Origin: Octopus sinensis
Taxonomy: Eukaryota
Assembly (NCBI RefSeq): GCF_006345805.1
Contig: NC_043000.1
Location: 120,032,001-120,096,000, forward strand
Direction of reading: 5' to 3'
DNA: 64,000 nt
How positions within the stretch are numbered: the first letter of the stretch is position 1; each line of letters opens with the position of its first letter. The notes under the pieces were generated by a model. The model did no database searches. It saw nothing but the letters and a program-made list of their open reading frames with translations, and was not told the origin of the DNA. Below, piece by piece: positions 38,996-50,879 of the stretch. Both the position numbers and the translations under genes were made by a program.

Positions 38996-41082
38996 CATTA
39001 TTTATAGGCACATATGCTAGAACAAGAAAATAATGCTTGATGGAAAAATCTGTAAAACGTTTTGGGTCCAACTTATAATGATACAGAAAAAAGCCATATA
39101 TTATTTCGTAGAACTCATAAGCTCATGGGGCCTTACACCCACTTAATTACCTGATCCATATCTATAGCCTCCTTGTATATCATAGGCACAGGAGTGGCTG
39201 TGTGGTAAGTAGCTTGCTTACCAACCACATGGTTCCGGGTTCAGTCCCACTGTATGACACCTTGAGCATAAATTATGATTGTTTTCCACTCCCATTTCTT
39301 GCCCTCACTGCCCTGCTCATTGTATCGCTGTTCCTCTCACCCCCAACATGCACACCCTATTTTTCTACCCTGGTTCTATGCTCAGATCCTTGTTACTTGT
39401 GAGTATACCCTAGCACTACACCATCTCTCTTCTGCTCTCTCTTACACTTTTGCTATTTCCTACTCTCTCACTTTTTCCTTTGTTTTTCCTCTGACCAGGT
39501 AACCAAATATCTCCTTTACATCAGCACACGTTTCTGGCCTCTTTCTTGTACCTCTCTCACTCTCTATCTCTTTTCTATGTCTGTGTGTGTGTGTGTATCT
39601 CTCTCTCCGTCTCTCTCACTGGGTAACCATGTACCTCCTCTATAGCAAGTCTCCTATTTCTGCCTCTCTATTTCTCAGCTAAGTTCTCACCTTGCATCAT
39701 CAGATACTGGGTCACCTCCTCTAATACCCCCCTCCCTTGTTTTGGCAAAACAACTGATTCTGTCTCTGTGTCACACTCTAACCTTTCATCCTCTGGTAAG
39801 TTCCCCTCCTCAAATACCCCTGCTCCTCTCATAATTCCTTGTCTTGCGAGTTACTTGGTTATGCCAGTGTTGGTTAAAAGCATCTAGTCCACACTGTAAT
39901 GTGCTTGGCATTTGGAAGGGCATCCAGCTGTAAAAATAATGCTGAAACTAACCTCACCTCTGCTAGTGCCATGTAAAAAGCACAGAGTCCACTCTGCAGA
40001 GTGGTTGGTGTTAGGAAGGGCATCCAGCTGTAAAATCCCTGCCAAAACAGACACAGTAGCTTAGGTAGTTTTTCTACCTGGCTTGCTCCTGTCAACCGTC
40101 CTTCCCATGCATGCATGGAAAATGGACGGTAAATGACGATGATGAATGATTATATATATATATATATATATATATATCATGTAAAATAGTTGAGGTTATA
40201 AGAGATAATGGTGTCATTGAGACCCAAAGGTATCAGGTAATGCTGAATACGTATTATAGACAGATCATAGTAAAGTACCAGATTCGGTAATATTGCGAAT
40301 ATAGGATATCTAAACTAACTATGACTTAACTTACCTCTCACACCGTCTCCGATGAAGGGATATTATTAATAGATATCCTAGAAACAGCTTCTATCTATAA
40401 ATGCTCTAATATCTATACAGCCTTGGTTTTTTATCTTATTACCCCAAAAATTCTTATATCATGTAAAATAGATATATAATATTTCTTGGGATTACATGAG
40501 TAATCGAAATACAAATGAATAGGGGTAATCTGTTTCAAGTTGCATTCGAAGGCAATCAGATGGTGTTTCATCTTTCTATCAACCAATAGTAAATACATAA
40601 AATTATATGTGTGTGTTGTGTGCATGCATTTCCTCTCTGTCTTGCTTTTGTCAAACTCTGTGTATGTTTTCAGAAAAAAATAAGTGAAATATTACATTTT
40701 TATATAAGATATGAAAATTTGCAAGCTACATGACATGCGTATATGGACATTAATGAACTGTTTGTATATGCTCTCCCAGTGACTGATATTCACGAATATT
40801 CTACTTTGTGGTTTATCATCCAAATTTCAGCTTATTGACTGAATATTATTTTCTTCAGAAAATCTGTTTGGTAAGCAATTTGTTCATTTAGAAAAACATT
40901 CTTATATTCCTTCTCAGCACTCTTATATGCATGCATAATTTATTCAACATTTCTTGATCAAATTTCACTCACTTATACTCTTGTAGTTTGTTGTTCAAAT
41001 TTTAGTTTCCTGGGCATTTACCAATCTTCTCTTAATGCGGGGCACTGGACTTATTGCAATATATTCATGTGATGGGTTACCA

Positions 41083-41480
41083 AGGCTGTGAGCTGGCAGA
41101 AATGTTAGCACACCGGGTGAAATGCTTAGTGGTATTTCGTCTGCTGTTACATTCTGAATTTAGATTCCGTCAAGGTTGACTTTGCCTTTCATCCTTTCGG
41201 GGTCGATTATATAAGTACCAGTTACATACTGGGGTCGATATAATCGACTTAATCCATTTGTCTGTCCTTGTTTGTCCTCTCTGTGTTTAGCCCCTTGTGG
41301 GTAGTAAAGAAATAGGTATTTCGTCTGCCGCTACGTTCTGAGTTCAAATTTCGCTGAGGTCGACTTTGCCTTTCATCTTTTCAGGGTCGATGAATTAAGT
41401 ACCAGTTGTGTACTGGGGTTGAGCTAATCGACTGGCTCCTTCCTCCAAATTTTTTGGGCCTTGTGCCTAGAGTAGAAAAG
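41083..41480 (+). mobile_element. tRNA-derived SINE (Meta-domain-like) with 25-bp TSD
   Basis: Flanking direct repeats AATATATTCATGTGATGGGTTACCA (41058-41082) and AATATATTCATATGATTGGTTACCA (41481-41505). Confidence 0.85.
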
Positions 41481-41985
41481 AATATATTCATATGATTGGT
41501 TACCAGTTACATACCCATGACTTTTTGTCCATTTCATTTGCAATTTATGATTATCATGATTATTAAATAACTCTGGGCTTCCTGAAACAGCTGTTGAGTT
41601 TTGAAATTACATATTTTCTTATCCTATTCTGTACATTTATCCTGTATTTTTCCCTGTGCTCTCTGTCAGTTTATTTATACCAAGCCCAACTGTGTTTACC
41701 TCCATATCAGCTTGACCTGGATTTCTCTTTTAACCATTCTTGGCAGCACAGGTCTTATCCAGCATAAAAAATTTGAAATTGAAGTCTAAATCTTTTTGAG
41801 TACTACTATATGTTTTCTATACTGAGCATGCCCAGCTCTCAATTATTGCCTTTATCTTTCTCTTACTCTCTTCCTCTCCCTCCATCCATCTGTCAGTCCA
41901 TCTGCACCTCCTCTTGCTCTCTGTACACACACACCCATATATATGTATATACATATATATGTGTTTGTATGTGTATGTATATATA

Positions 41986-42193
41986 CAGGGTGTCCCAGAT
42001 GTCATGCACCATTCTGGTTTTCATTTAAAATAATTAAATAATTTCATTTTATTATATTTTTTCTGCAGGTTTTATTGTAGAAGGTGCTCAATTTGAGCAT
42101 TTGTTAGGATTAATTTCAATAACGTGTTTTTGAAATCTGTAAGGGTGTATTCTTTTAAAAACCAAGGTGGTGCGTGACTTCTGGGACAGTCTG
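41986..42193. mobile_element. Tc1/mariner-type MITE (208 bp)
   Basis: TIRs CAGGGTGTCCCAGATGTCATGCACCA / TGGTGCGTGACTTCTGGGACAGTCTG flanked by TA. Confidence 0.75.
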
Positions 42194-42237
42194 TATATAT
42201 ACATATATATATACACACACGCATACATGTATATATA

Positions 42238-42647
42238 TGTAGGAGTGGCTGTGTGGTAAGTAGCTTTCTTACCAACCACATAGTGCCGGGTTCAGTCCCA
42301 CTTCGTGGCACCTTGGGCAAGTGTCTTCTACTATAGCCTCAGGCCAACCAAAGCCTTGTGACGGGATTTGGTAGACGGAAACTGAAAGAAGCCTGTCGTA
42401 CATATGTTTATATATATGTATGCTTGTGTATATGTTTGTGTGTCTGTGTTTGTCCCTCCAATATCGCTTGACAACTGATGCTGGTGTGTTTATGTTCTCA
42501 TAACTTAGCAGTTCGGCAAAAGGAGACCGGTAGAATAAGTACTAGGGTTACAAAGAATAAGTGCTGGGGTCGATTTTCTCAACTAAAAGCGGTGCTCCAG
42601 CATGGCCACAGTCAAATGACTGAAACAAGTAAAAGAGTAAAGAGAGT
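42238..42647 (+). mobile_element. Major tRNA-derived SINE, full length
   Basis: Family head AGGAGTGGCTGTGTGGTAAG through the AAGTAAAAGAGTAAAGAG tail. Confidence 0.85.
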
Positions 42648-42681
42648 ATACATATATTATGTATGTGTAGAAATATATATG

Positions 42682-42714
<33 letters not shown>

Positions 42715-42757
42715 ATGATGATATGTTTATATATATATACATACATATATATATATA

Positions 42758-42815
<58 letters not shown>

Positions 42816-45800
42816 CGTATAGGGGGTGGGTTATAAGTAGACAGCTAGATATAGATATATGCCAAATCACATCTCCTATGTGATAATAAAAACGCCTTAA
42901 TGTTGATTTGAACCATTGTGGCTCTAATCAAATTACTACCCCTCACCACCACCACCGTCACCACCACCATCACTTCTCACTTATATGTTTTATGGGTTTG
43001 TTGATTTGTTTTTTTTAACATTTTGTTTTTTTGCATGTACTTATTGCAGTTAGAGTTTTTCTTTGTATTTTGTGTTTGTTTGTTTTCCCAATATGTTTAT
43101 GTGTGTTTGTATGAAAAAACATGACAATATCACTGGCTAATTAGATTTACTTTTTTTGTTGTGTGTGTACTTTTGTTGTTGTTGTTTTGTTTCTCATTTT
43201 TCCTACAAGTTGATGAATTTGTGTTTTTTTTTTTTTCACTGTATTTATTAATCTCTTCTTTTTCTTTGTTGGTGTTGCTATTGTTGTTGTTGTTATTATC
43301 ATTATTATTGGACGGTAATTGCAAATTGAGACAGCTGATTGGATGATAGTTAAAAACAAACAAAACAAAGATTACATTTGTTTTGTTTTTGTTTTTTTTT
43401 TGTGTGTGTGTGTGTTTTTTTCCCCTTTGGTTGCTTTCGTTGTTTTGTTGAGTGACATCCACTAATTTCAAGGATAATTTATTAATTTATTAGTGTTGAT
43501 GCAGTTAAAAGTCTCACTGCACAAACCATCTTGTTTTTTTTTTCATTTTTTGTTTCTTCTTCTTCTTCTTCTTCTTCTTCTCGTCTTCTTCTTCTCCTTC
43601 TCTCCCTCCTCTTCTCCCTCCTCTCCTCCTTCCACTTCTCTTCTCCCTTCACTTCTCCTTCTCTTCTTCTTCTCATCCTCCTCCTCTTCTTCTTCTCTTC
43701 TTCTCCTTCCTCTTCTCCTTCTCCTCTTCTCCTTTTCCTCTTCTCCTCTTCTCCTTCTTCTTCTTTATCTTCTTCTCCTCCTCCTCCTCCATGTGTGGCA
43801 TTATGATATTTGTTGATGTCATTATCATGTCCATTAAGTTCGTTATTTGTGAGAGTCTGTGTGTGGCTGCATGTTATCCTGTCACTGTTGTTGCTACCAT
43901 TCTTCTGATTTATAAATTTCTATGTAGTTTATAGCAATAATAGTAGTAGTAGTCGTAGTAATATAATAATAATAATAATGACAATAATAATAATAATAAT
44001 AAATTGGGAAGCATCGTAGCCATGTGTTGAAAGGAATTCTTTGGGGTTTGGGATAAAATAACCTTTGGAAACATTGGGCTTTTGTTCAACATTCTTAAAC
44101 AACCCTTATTAGGGGACCTTTTGAACGGGATGGGCTACTCAGCATGAAGAAAGAATTTTGGGACCCACCTGCAAGGTAATGTGCTGTTTATCTTGATATG
44201 AGATCACCCTGTCACACATACGGGTGTGATGCATGTGCCTGGTGTACCCTTATCCAACGGATAGTCATGATGGGTATACTGGGCTTCGTATATTTTGCCC
44301 CAGTGTCACTTTGATGGCATGCACTGCTCTCTCACATACTGCCAGCTCACTGCCTTTTAACAACAACAACAACAATAACAACTGTTTCTACTAAAGGCAC
44401 AACGTCTGAAATTTTGTGGGGGTGAGGGGGGCGGCTAGTTGATTATATCGACTCCAGTTTTTCAGTGGTACTTAATATATTGACCCCAAAAGGATGACAG
44501 GCAAAGTTGACCTCAGCAGAATTTGAACCCAGATACTGAAGATGGATGAAATGCCGCTAAGCATTTCATCCAGCATGCTAACGATTCTGTCAGCTCGCTG
44601 CTTTTAAGAATAATGATGATGATGATGACGACAACTACAATGGCAGTGGCGGCGATGACGACGAGGATGACAATGTAATGAAGCAGTAAGATTTTTCATC
44701 TAAATTTGCAAACAGGTGAGGTACCACTTGCCTGGAGAAGAGTATGTGAGATACCCATAAGAATAATCTTTTACAATCCGTTTATTTTTGGACTGCCAGG
44801 AATGTGGTCCACATCATCATCATCATCATTATTATTAATAGTAGTAGTATTTTCACCTTGACCCAGGATTGATCTTATTCCTAGCAGAGTTTTGTAGTGG
44901 GTTACTCCCTGTATCCTTAGATAGCCACATGATTTCAGTAAGCAATCAAGTTCTCGAAAGCTCTTCGCATGATCTTTTCTGTCTCTAAGGGACAAACCTT
45001 CTGTATAAGCTGCACAGGATATTCCATGTGAATCTCCTTTATCCATTTACCTTTTATGTCACTCACAGTCCATAAGGTACCAATTATTACAGATACAATC
45101 TTTATAGATTTCGTTCCAAATCCTTGGAATCTCAACTTATAAGGGGTTGTATTTTTTCAACTTTCTATCTGTTTTCTTTGTAGTCCTAGTATCTAGGGGA
45201 CATAATGGATCAATCAAGATGCAAATTCGATTTTTCTTCTCTATTATTGTAATATCCAGCTTCTTATATTCTATCCTTTTATCCATTTAAATGAGAAAAT
45301 CCTACAAAATCTTACATGTTCCTGACTCAAATACTCTTTGTACCCAATGCTTATACCATATACTTCCTGCTTCAAAACTCCATTTTTGAGAAAAGCTTCC
45401 AGTGTAAAGCTTTCACAAGTCAATTGTGTCTCCATTTCTTATATTTTCCTTTGGCCAACCCGTGGCATTCTGCAACAGTGTGTGCCATATTTTCGTCTCA
45501 AATTCCACATACCATACATTTTGCTGACACCTTATTCCCATACACATACTTTCTCAAGTTGTTTGTAGCACTTGATCTTGAGCTGGTTAATAAAGCTCTC
45601 TGTTTCTTTTTCCAATTGACCTTTTTTCAACCAAGCCCAGGATTTTGTTCCACATACATCCTTGGTGGTTTTTCAGAAGTGACATGCAAAAAAAAAGGTT
45701 ACCCTTCAATCTGTTCAACTTGTTCTCTGAATTTCAATTTGTTCTTTTCACCTTATTAACTGCCTTTAGTAACTTTTCTGTGCTGTTCTGCAAATAATCA

Positions 45801-47041
45801 AATAAACGCCTTCATTCCATCTGCACACTCTCTTCCTCACTAATTAAGCCTCTTCACCATTCAAGTATAACTGGATGACATCAGCTTTCAGATTGTGGCC
45901 TCCATACACCCTCAACAGTTTTCTAGTTCTTCTGTCAAGTTTCTGCATTTACCTTTTGTCCAATCTGCAATTCCTGCTCCATATCTAATAACTGGCACCT
46001 CTCTTTAATTAATTGCTTCAATAACATTTCTTGAATTCAACCTTGACTGTAATATTTTTCTCACTCTCCTTCTATATTTGCAGTTTGCTTCATTTCTCAT
46101 ATTTTATTTCATCTGCCTCCAGCATTCCCAAATACCTATACCCCTGTCCTTTCTCAACTGATTTCATTGTTTGTCCACTTGGCATTTCAGTCCTCTAGCT
46201 TTCTTCAAATCTCCCCCATTTCATTATCAAAATAGCTCACTTTTTCAAGCCCAGATTCCATTCCTACATCATTTGAGAAAGTGTGAGCAGTACACACAAG
46301 CCATTCCAGCTCCTTCTCATTTATTGCATAAACTTTTAAATCATCCACAAACCAGAGATTAATTATCTGATCAAACCCTTTTCCCAAATCCTAAGCTAGT
46401 TTGATTTTCCATAATACCAGACTGGACTGCACCATGGCTAATATAATTTAGTAATGGAGATAAGCTTTCACATTGAATACACCTATTTCTTTACTGCTCA
46501 CATGGGCCTAAACACAGAGAGGACAAACAAGGACAGATAAACGAATTAAGTCGATTACATCGACATCAGTGTGTAACTGGTACTTAATTTATCGACCCCG
46601 AAAGGATGAAAGGCAAAGTCGACCTCGATGGAATTTGAACTCAGAACGTAGTGGCAGACAAAATACCGCTTAGCATTTCGCCTGGCATGCTAACGTTTCT
46701 GCTAGCTTGCCGCCATAATTCACCTTGAATATACCATGTCTGATGTTCACTTTCCCAAGTTTTACCTTCCTCCAGTCAAATCATAGCTCCAGTGTCTCAT
46801 ATTTTCATTGATCATTTTCTTTATATTTTCTGCCATCATGTGTGCCATCATGCCATATGCTTCTTCATAATCCAAATACGCTACTGTCAGTCCTGTCAAT
46901 CTACAATTTTTGATTACCATTTTATGAACTAACAACTAGTTTTTAGTTGTTCTATTTTGTTTCCTGCAACCTTTCTGTTCCACTGAAAGTAGATTACTTT
47001 CCAAACGATGTTATTACTTTTATGTCAACACAGCAGTTATA

Positions 47042-47523
47042 CATTATTTACATGATTTACATTATTTACATTTGACAGATATTTGTCCTCATCTTGTTTG
47101 TTGCTGACACATTTCGGCTGATATACCCTCCAGCCTTCATCAGGTATCATGGAGAAATTTCGAACCTAGGTTCTTGTTCCTAAGGTATTTTTCGATGATG
47201 ATGATGACGACGGCGTTATTGTTGTTGTTGTTCTTAGTAGCAGCAGTGCAGGCTACTAGCCCCAAGATTCCGAGTTCAATTACAGGCAGTGACCTGAATA
47301 ATAATAATAATGATGACAAATATTATTATTATTATTATTAATAATAATGATAATAATAATACTCAACCAGAAGAAAATTCTAACTGGGCCCCACCTGCAA
47401 GGTCATGTGCTGTTTACCCTTATCAGATGGGTAGTCATGATGGATATACTGGGCTTCGTATATTTTACACCAGTGTCACTTTGATGGCATGCACTGCTCT
47501 CTCACTCAATAATAATAATAATG

Positions 47524-47563
<40 letters not shown>

Positions 47564-47747
47564 TAATAATAACATCAAAAAATACCTTAGGAATGAAAAC
47601 CCTGGTTCGAAATTTCCCAGAGACACCTGATGAAGGCTGCAGGATATATCAGCTGAAACGTTGTGCTAACAACAAACAAGATGAGGACAAATATCCGTCA
47701 AATGTAAATAATGTACATAATTCCTCATTTCTTAAATATAGAACTGT
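47042..47747. mobile_element. Palindromic tRNA-headed, hammerhead-bearing retroposed element with 12-bp TSD
   Basis: Inverted arms about 47042-47195 and 47570-47747; residual tRNA head GGCTACTAGCCCCAAGATTCCGAGTTCAATTAC (47250-47283); TSD ACAGCAGTTATA at 47030-47041 and 47748-47759; a second repeat (47380-47508, also at 44160-44335) is inserted in its (AAT)n. Confidence 0.88.
47622..47667 (+). ncRNA. Minimal type I hammerhead ribozyme motif
   Basis: GACAC (stem I) - CTGATGA (core) - A - GGCTG/CAGCT (stem II) - GAAAC - GTT (GUH cleavage triplet; AACGTT palindrome instead of a stem III hairpin) - GTGCT (stem I partner). Fold assigned by eye; activity untested. Confidence 0.75.
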
Positions 47748-47885
47748 ACAGCAGTTATAGGTTTCCACATAAGGTGCCAAACAAATCATGGATTGAAAAT
47801 TGGACCCCAAATTACCTTCCATGAAATCTTTAAAACCCAACAATGGTTGTCTACTTATTGTTCATCTGTATATATAAAAGGCAGG

Positions 47886-47918
<33 letters not shown>

Positions 47919-49208
47919 TGTGTGTATGTGAATGTAATTTATGCACGTCCACAAATTAGCATGCATGTCGCTCTAATTTTAGTAGAACATTCGTTATGAC
48001 CCTAGCTGTATTTTCATCAACTGGCACGAAATGATTATTATTAATGTTGTTGTAGTTGTTGTTGACTCATTTCCTCCGTTGATGGGTGATACATGTGTGT
48101 GAGGAAAGTTATCTTTTGATGGACTGTAGGTCTTTCCAGGTGTGGGATTGTTTTTCTAAACTATGGTTGTAATCCCAGATGAAACACCATCCTGTTTGTG
48201 ATTTTAGATTTCATCATTTCCCTCTTCAAAGGGAATAAATGAATTAATTAACTGTTAAGTTGTCATCATCATCATCATCATCATCATACTTGTTATGATC
48301 ATTATCCCCTTTCTTCATAGCATCACTGTCATCATCATTGCTATTGTCATCCTCATCCTTCTCCTTCCCTCCCTCACCATCATCCTCCCCCTCCTCACCA
48401 TCCACCACCACCTCCTTATCATCATCACCTCTTGTCACCTTTTGTTATTCAAATCTCATGTCCTGCCTCATTCTTTTCCTCTGTCTTCTTCTCCTCCTCC
48501 TCCTCCCTTCTTTTTCTCTGTCTTCCTCATCTCCTCCTCTTTCTGTCTTCTTCTTCTTCTGTCTTCTCCTCCTCCTCCTCCTCTTCTTCTTCTCTGTCTT
48601 CCTCTTCTTTCCTCCTCCTCTCCTTTCCCCCACATTCTTCTCTTCCCAAATCTCCGCGTTCATCTCCTCCATCACATCTCTGGTTATTATTATTATCATT
48701 ATTATTATTATTATCATCATATTAACCATATATTTCCCCAATTCCACACGTTCCCGCTATAATTAGTCATTAGTATCTTCTGTCCACCAACACAAAGCCA
48801 GCCTTGATCCAATTGTACCGCTTTTACGTTCTTCACCTTTTCTCCATATTTCTTCTTTTTTTTTTTGCTTCTTCTCTATTACTGCTTTTGTTGTCGCAAA
48901 TTTCCACTGCTCTGCTGTCGCTGTCTTCCTTCTGTATTGATTTTGTTTTTCGGATGCTAATTTTCACTTTCTTTGATATGATTTCTGTAGAGCTAGCACA
49001 AGCAACTTCTTGCACTCTAGTACCGCCGCCATAGATTTTCTTGCTTCACTCTGTAAGTACTTTGGTGTGTCTTCAAAGCCAGTTTTTTTTTCTTCTTTGG
49101 TTTTACGTTTTCCATTTTAACTGTGTAAATTTATGTAAATATATTCCGATATAAATGGTTTTTTAAAAAATTTATTTATATATTCTGAATAAATGCAAGA
49201 TGTGTGTG

Positions 49209-49248
<40 letters not shown>

Positions 49249-49477
49249 TGTGTGTGTATATGTGTGTGTCTGTATGCATATATATATATGTGTGTGTGTG
49301 TGTGCATATATGTATATGTGTGTATATGTGTGTGTGCATATATGCATGTGTATACATATGAATGTGTGTGTATGTGTGTATATATATATAGAGAGAGAGA
49401 GAAAGAAAGAGAGAGAGACACTTAGATATGTGTATACTTAAGTGTATAAATATATATGTGTGTATGTTGTATGTATA

Positions 49478-49519
<42 letters not shown>

Positions 49520-49756
49520 CATACACATACACACACACACATTGTGCATTGTATTTGATTTCCATCGAATAATATTTTCTTAATCAGTTTAATGTTCTTC
49601 TGTGATGACACATCTCAATTACATTTTTTTGAGAGGAACCTGATGGAGTGATTTTGAGCTTGCATAGTTATTTGGGGTTATTTTGAGGTTCCTTTGTGTA
49701 TTTTGAAGGCTATCTTATACTTGATGGCAGTATTGCTGCTTATCCATCTTCAAGAT

Positions 49757-50410
49757 CAGTGATTCTCACCCAGAGGTCCATATAGCCCCTGAGGGTCCAT
49801 ATAAGATTTTCAGGGGTCAACATAATAAAATAGTAAATTGGAGTCTCACAATAATATTTTAAGGGCCCCTGAAAGAATTTTGCTTTAGATGTATGTATTC
49901 GTATGTATTACAAGAAACAGATTTCTCTCTCTTTCTAACATTTTACATGTGGAGGCACATGGCCTAGTGGTTAGAGCAGCGGTCGAGGGATCATTGGTTC
50001 GAATCTCAGACTGGGCAATGTGTGTGTTTATGAGCGAAACACCTAATCTTCACGCGGCTCCGGCAGAAGTTAATGGCGAACTTCTGCTGACTCTTTCACC
50101 TCAACTTTCTCTCACTCTTTCCTCCTGCATCTAGCAGCTCACCTGCGACGGACCAGCATCCCATCCAGGTGAGGAACCTATACGCCAAGGAAACTGGGAA
50201 ACCTGCCCTATGAGCCAGGCGTCACTCGAGAAGGAACAAACATCATTTTGCATAGTTCAACATACACAATTTAATGTGTGAAAAACTAAACAGGAATTTT
50301 GAAAGAAGTTTCTATAAAACCAGTTTTTAAACATTGAGTGGCTATGGAGCTCCACAAGAATGAAATAGTAATCAAAGGGTCCTTAGATAAAAAATGGTTG
50401 AGAACCCTTG
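49757..50410. mobile_element. hAT (Charlie-like) MITE with nested V-like SINE (49949-50240); duplicated at about 51432-52084
   Basis: Ends CAGTGATTCTCACCC...GGTTGAGAACCCTTG resemble hAT-Charlie TIRs; no clear 8-bp TSD seen; the nested SINE has TGGCCTAGTGG and GGTTCGAATCTC boxes. Confidence 0.6.
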
Positions 50411-50879
50411 TTTTGGACAAACCTTTAACCAAAGGTGTTTCCTTGCCCTTTTTACAAATCCTCAAGGTTTATATTATTCTATGTATCATATGTTTAACCC
50501 TTTTGCTACTGTTTTTATTTTGAGATGCTCTGTGGTTCTTTCAATTATTTTAAATATAATAAAGAATTTAGTAAAATAACTTAGTTATCATTAAGCTAGT
50601 GTCAGGAACATAAATTGAGACTAAGATTTGGTGGAAGAATTTAATTCAAAACTTATTTAGGTGCAGGAGTGGGTGTGTGGTAAGTAGCTTGCTTACCAAC
50701 CACATGGTTCTGGGTTCAGTCCCACTGCGTAGCATCTTGGGCAAGTGTCTTCTACTATAGCCTCAGGCTGACCAAAGCATTGTGAGTGGATTTGGTAGAT
50801 GGAAACTGAAAGAAACCTGTCATATATATATGTATATATATATACACACACACACATATATGTGTATATATACACACAC

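Larger units (their letters stand above)
44915..47830 (-). mobile_element. Degenerate R4/Dong-like LINE (RT through RLE tail), interrupted by a SINE and the palindromic element
   Basis: Minus-strand motifs in the expected order: SNFQSMICLA/LMWKPITAVL, LLSVEQKGCRK...LLVHKMVIKNCR...VAYLDYEEAY, LAMVQSSLVLWKIK..DLGKG..INLWFVDDLKVYA (RT YxDD), IVSVIIGTLWTV...LIQKVCPLETEKIMRR (RLE tail). Confidence 0.88.

Noticed and set aside
47740-47750. CAG...CTG ends with TA suggesting a Tc1/mariner MITE origin for the palindromic element
   Set aside because: A 12-bp TSD that restores the host LINE frame, one truncated end, tRNA heads and hammerheads fit retroposition better; not fully excluded without more copies.
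48833-49015. Minus-strand K/E-rich frame with possible splice sites
   Set aside because: Contains an 11-A run, has a weak donor and no recognisable homology.
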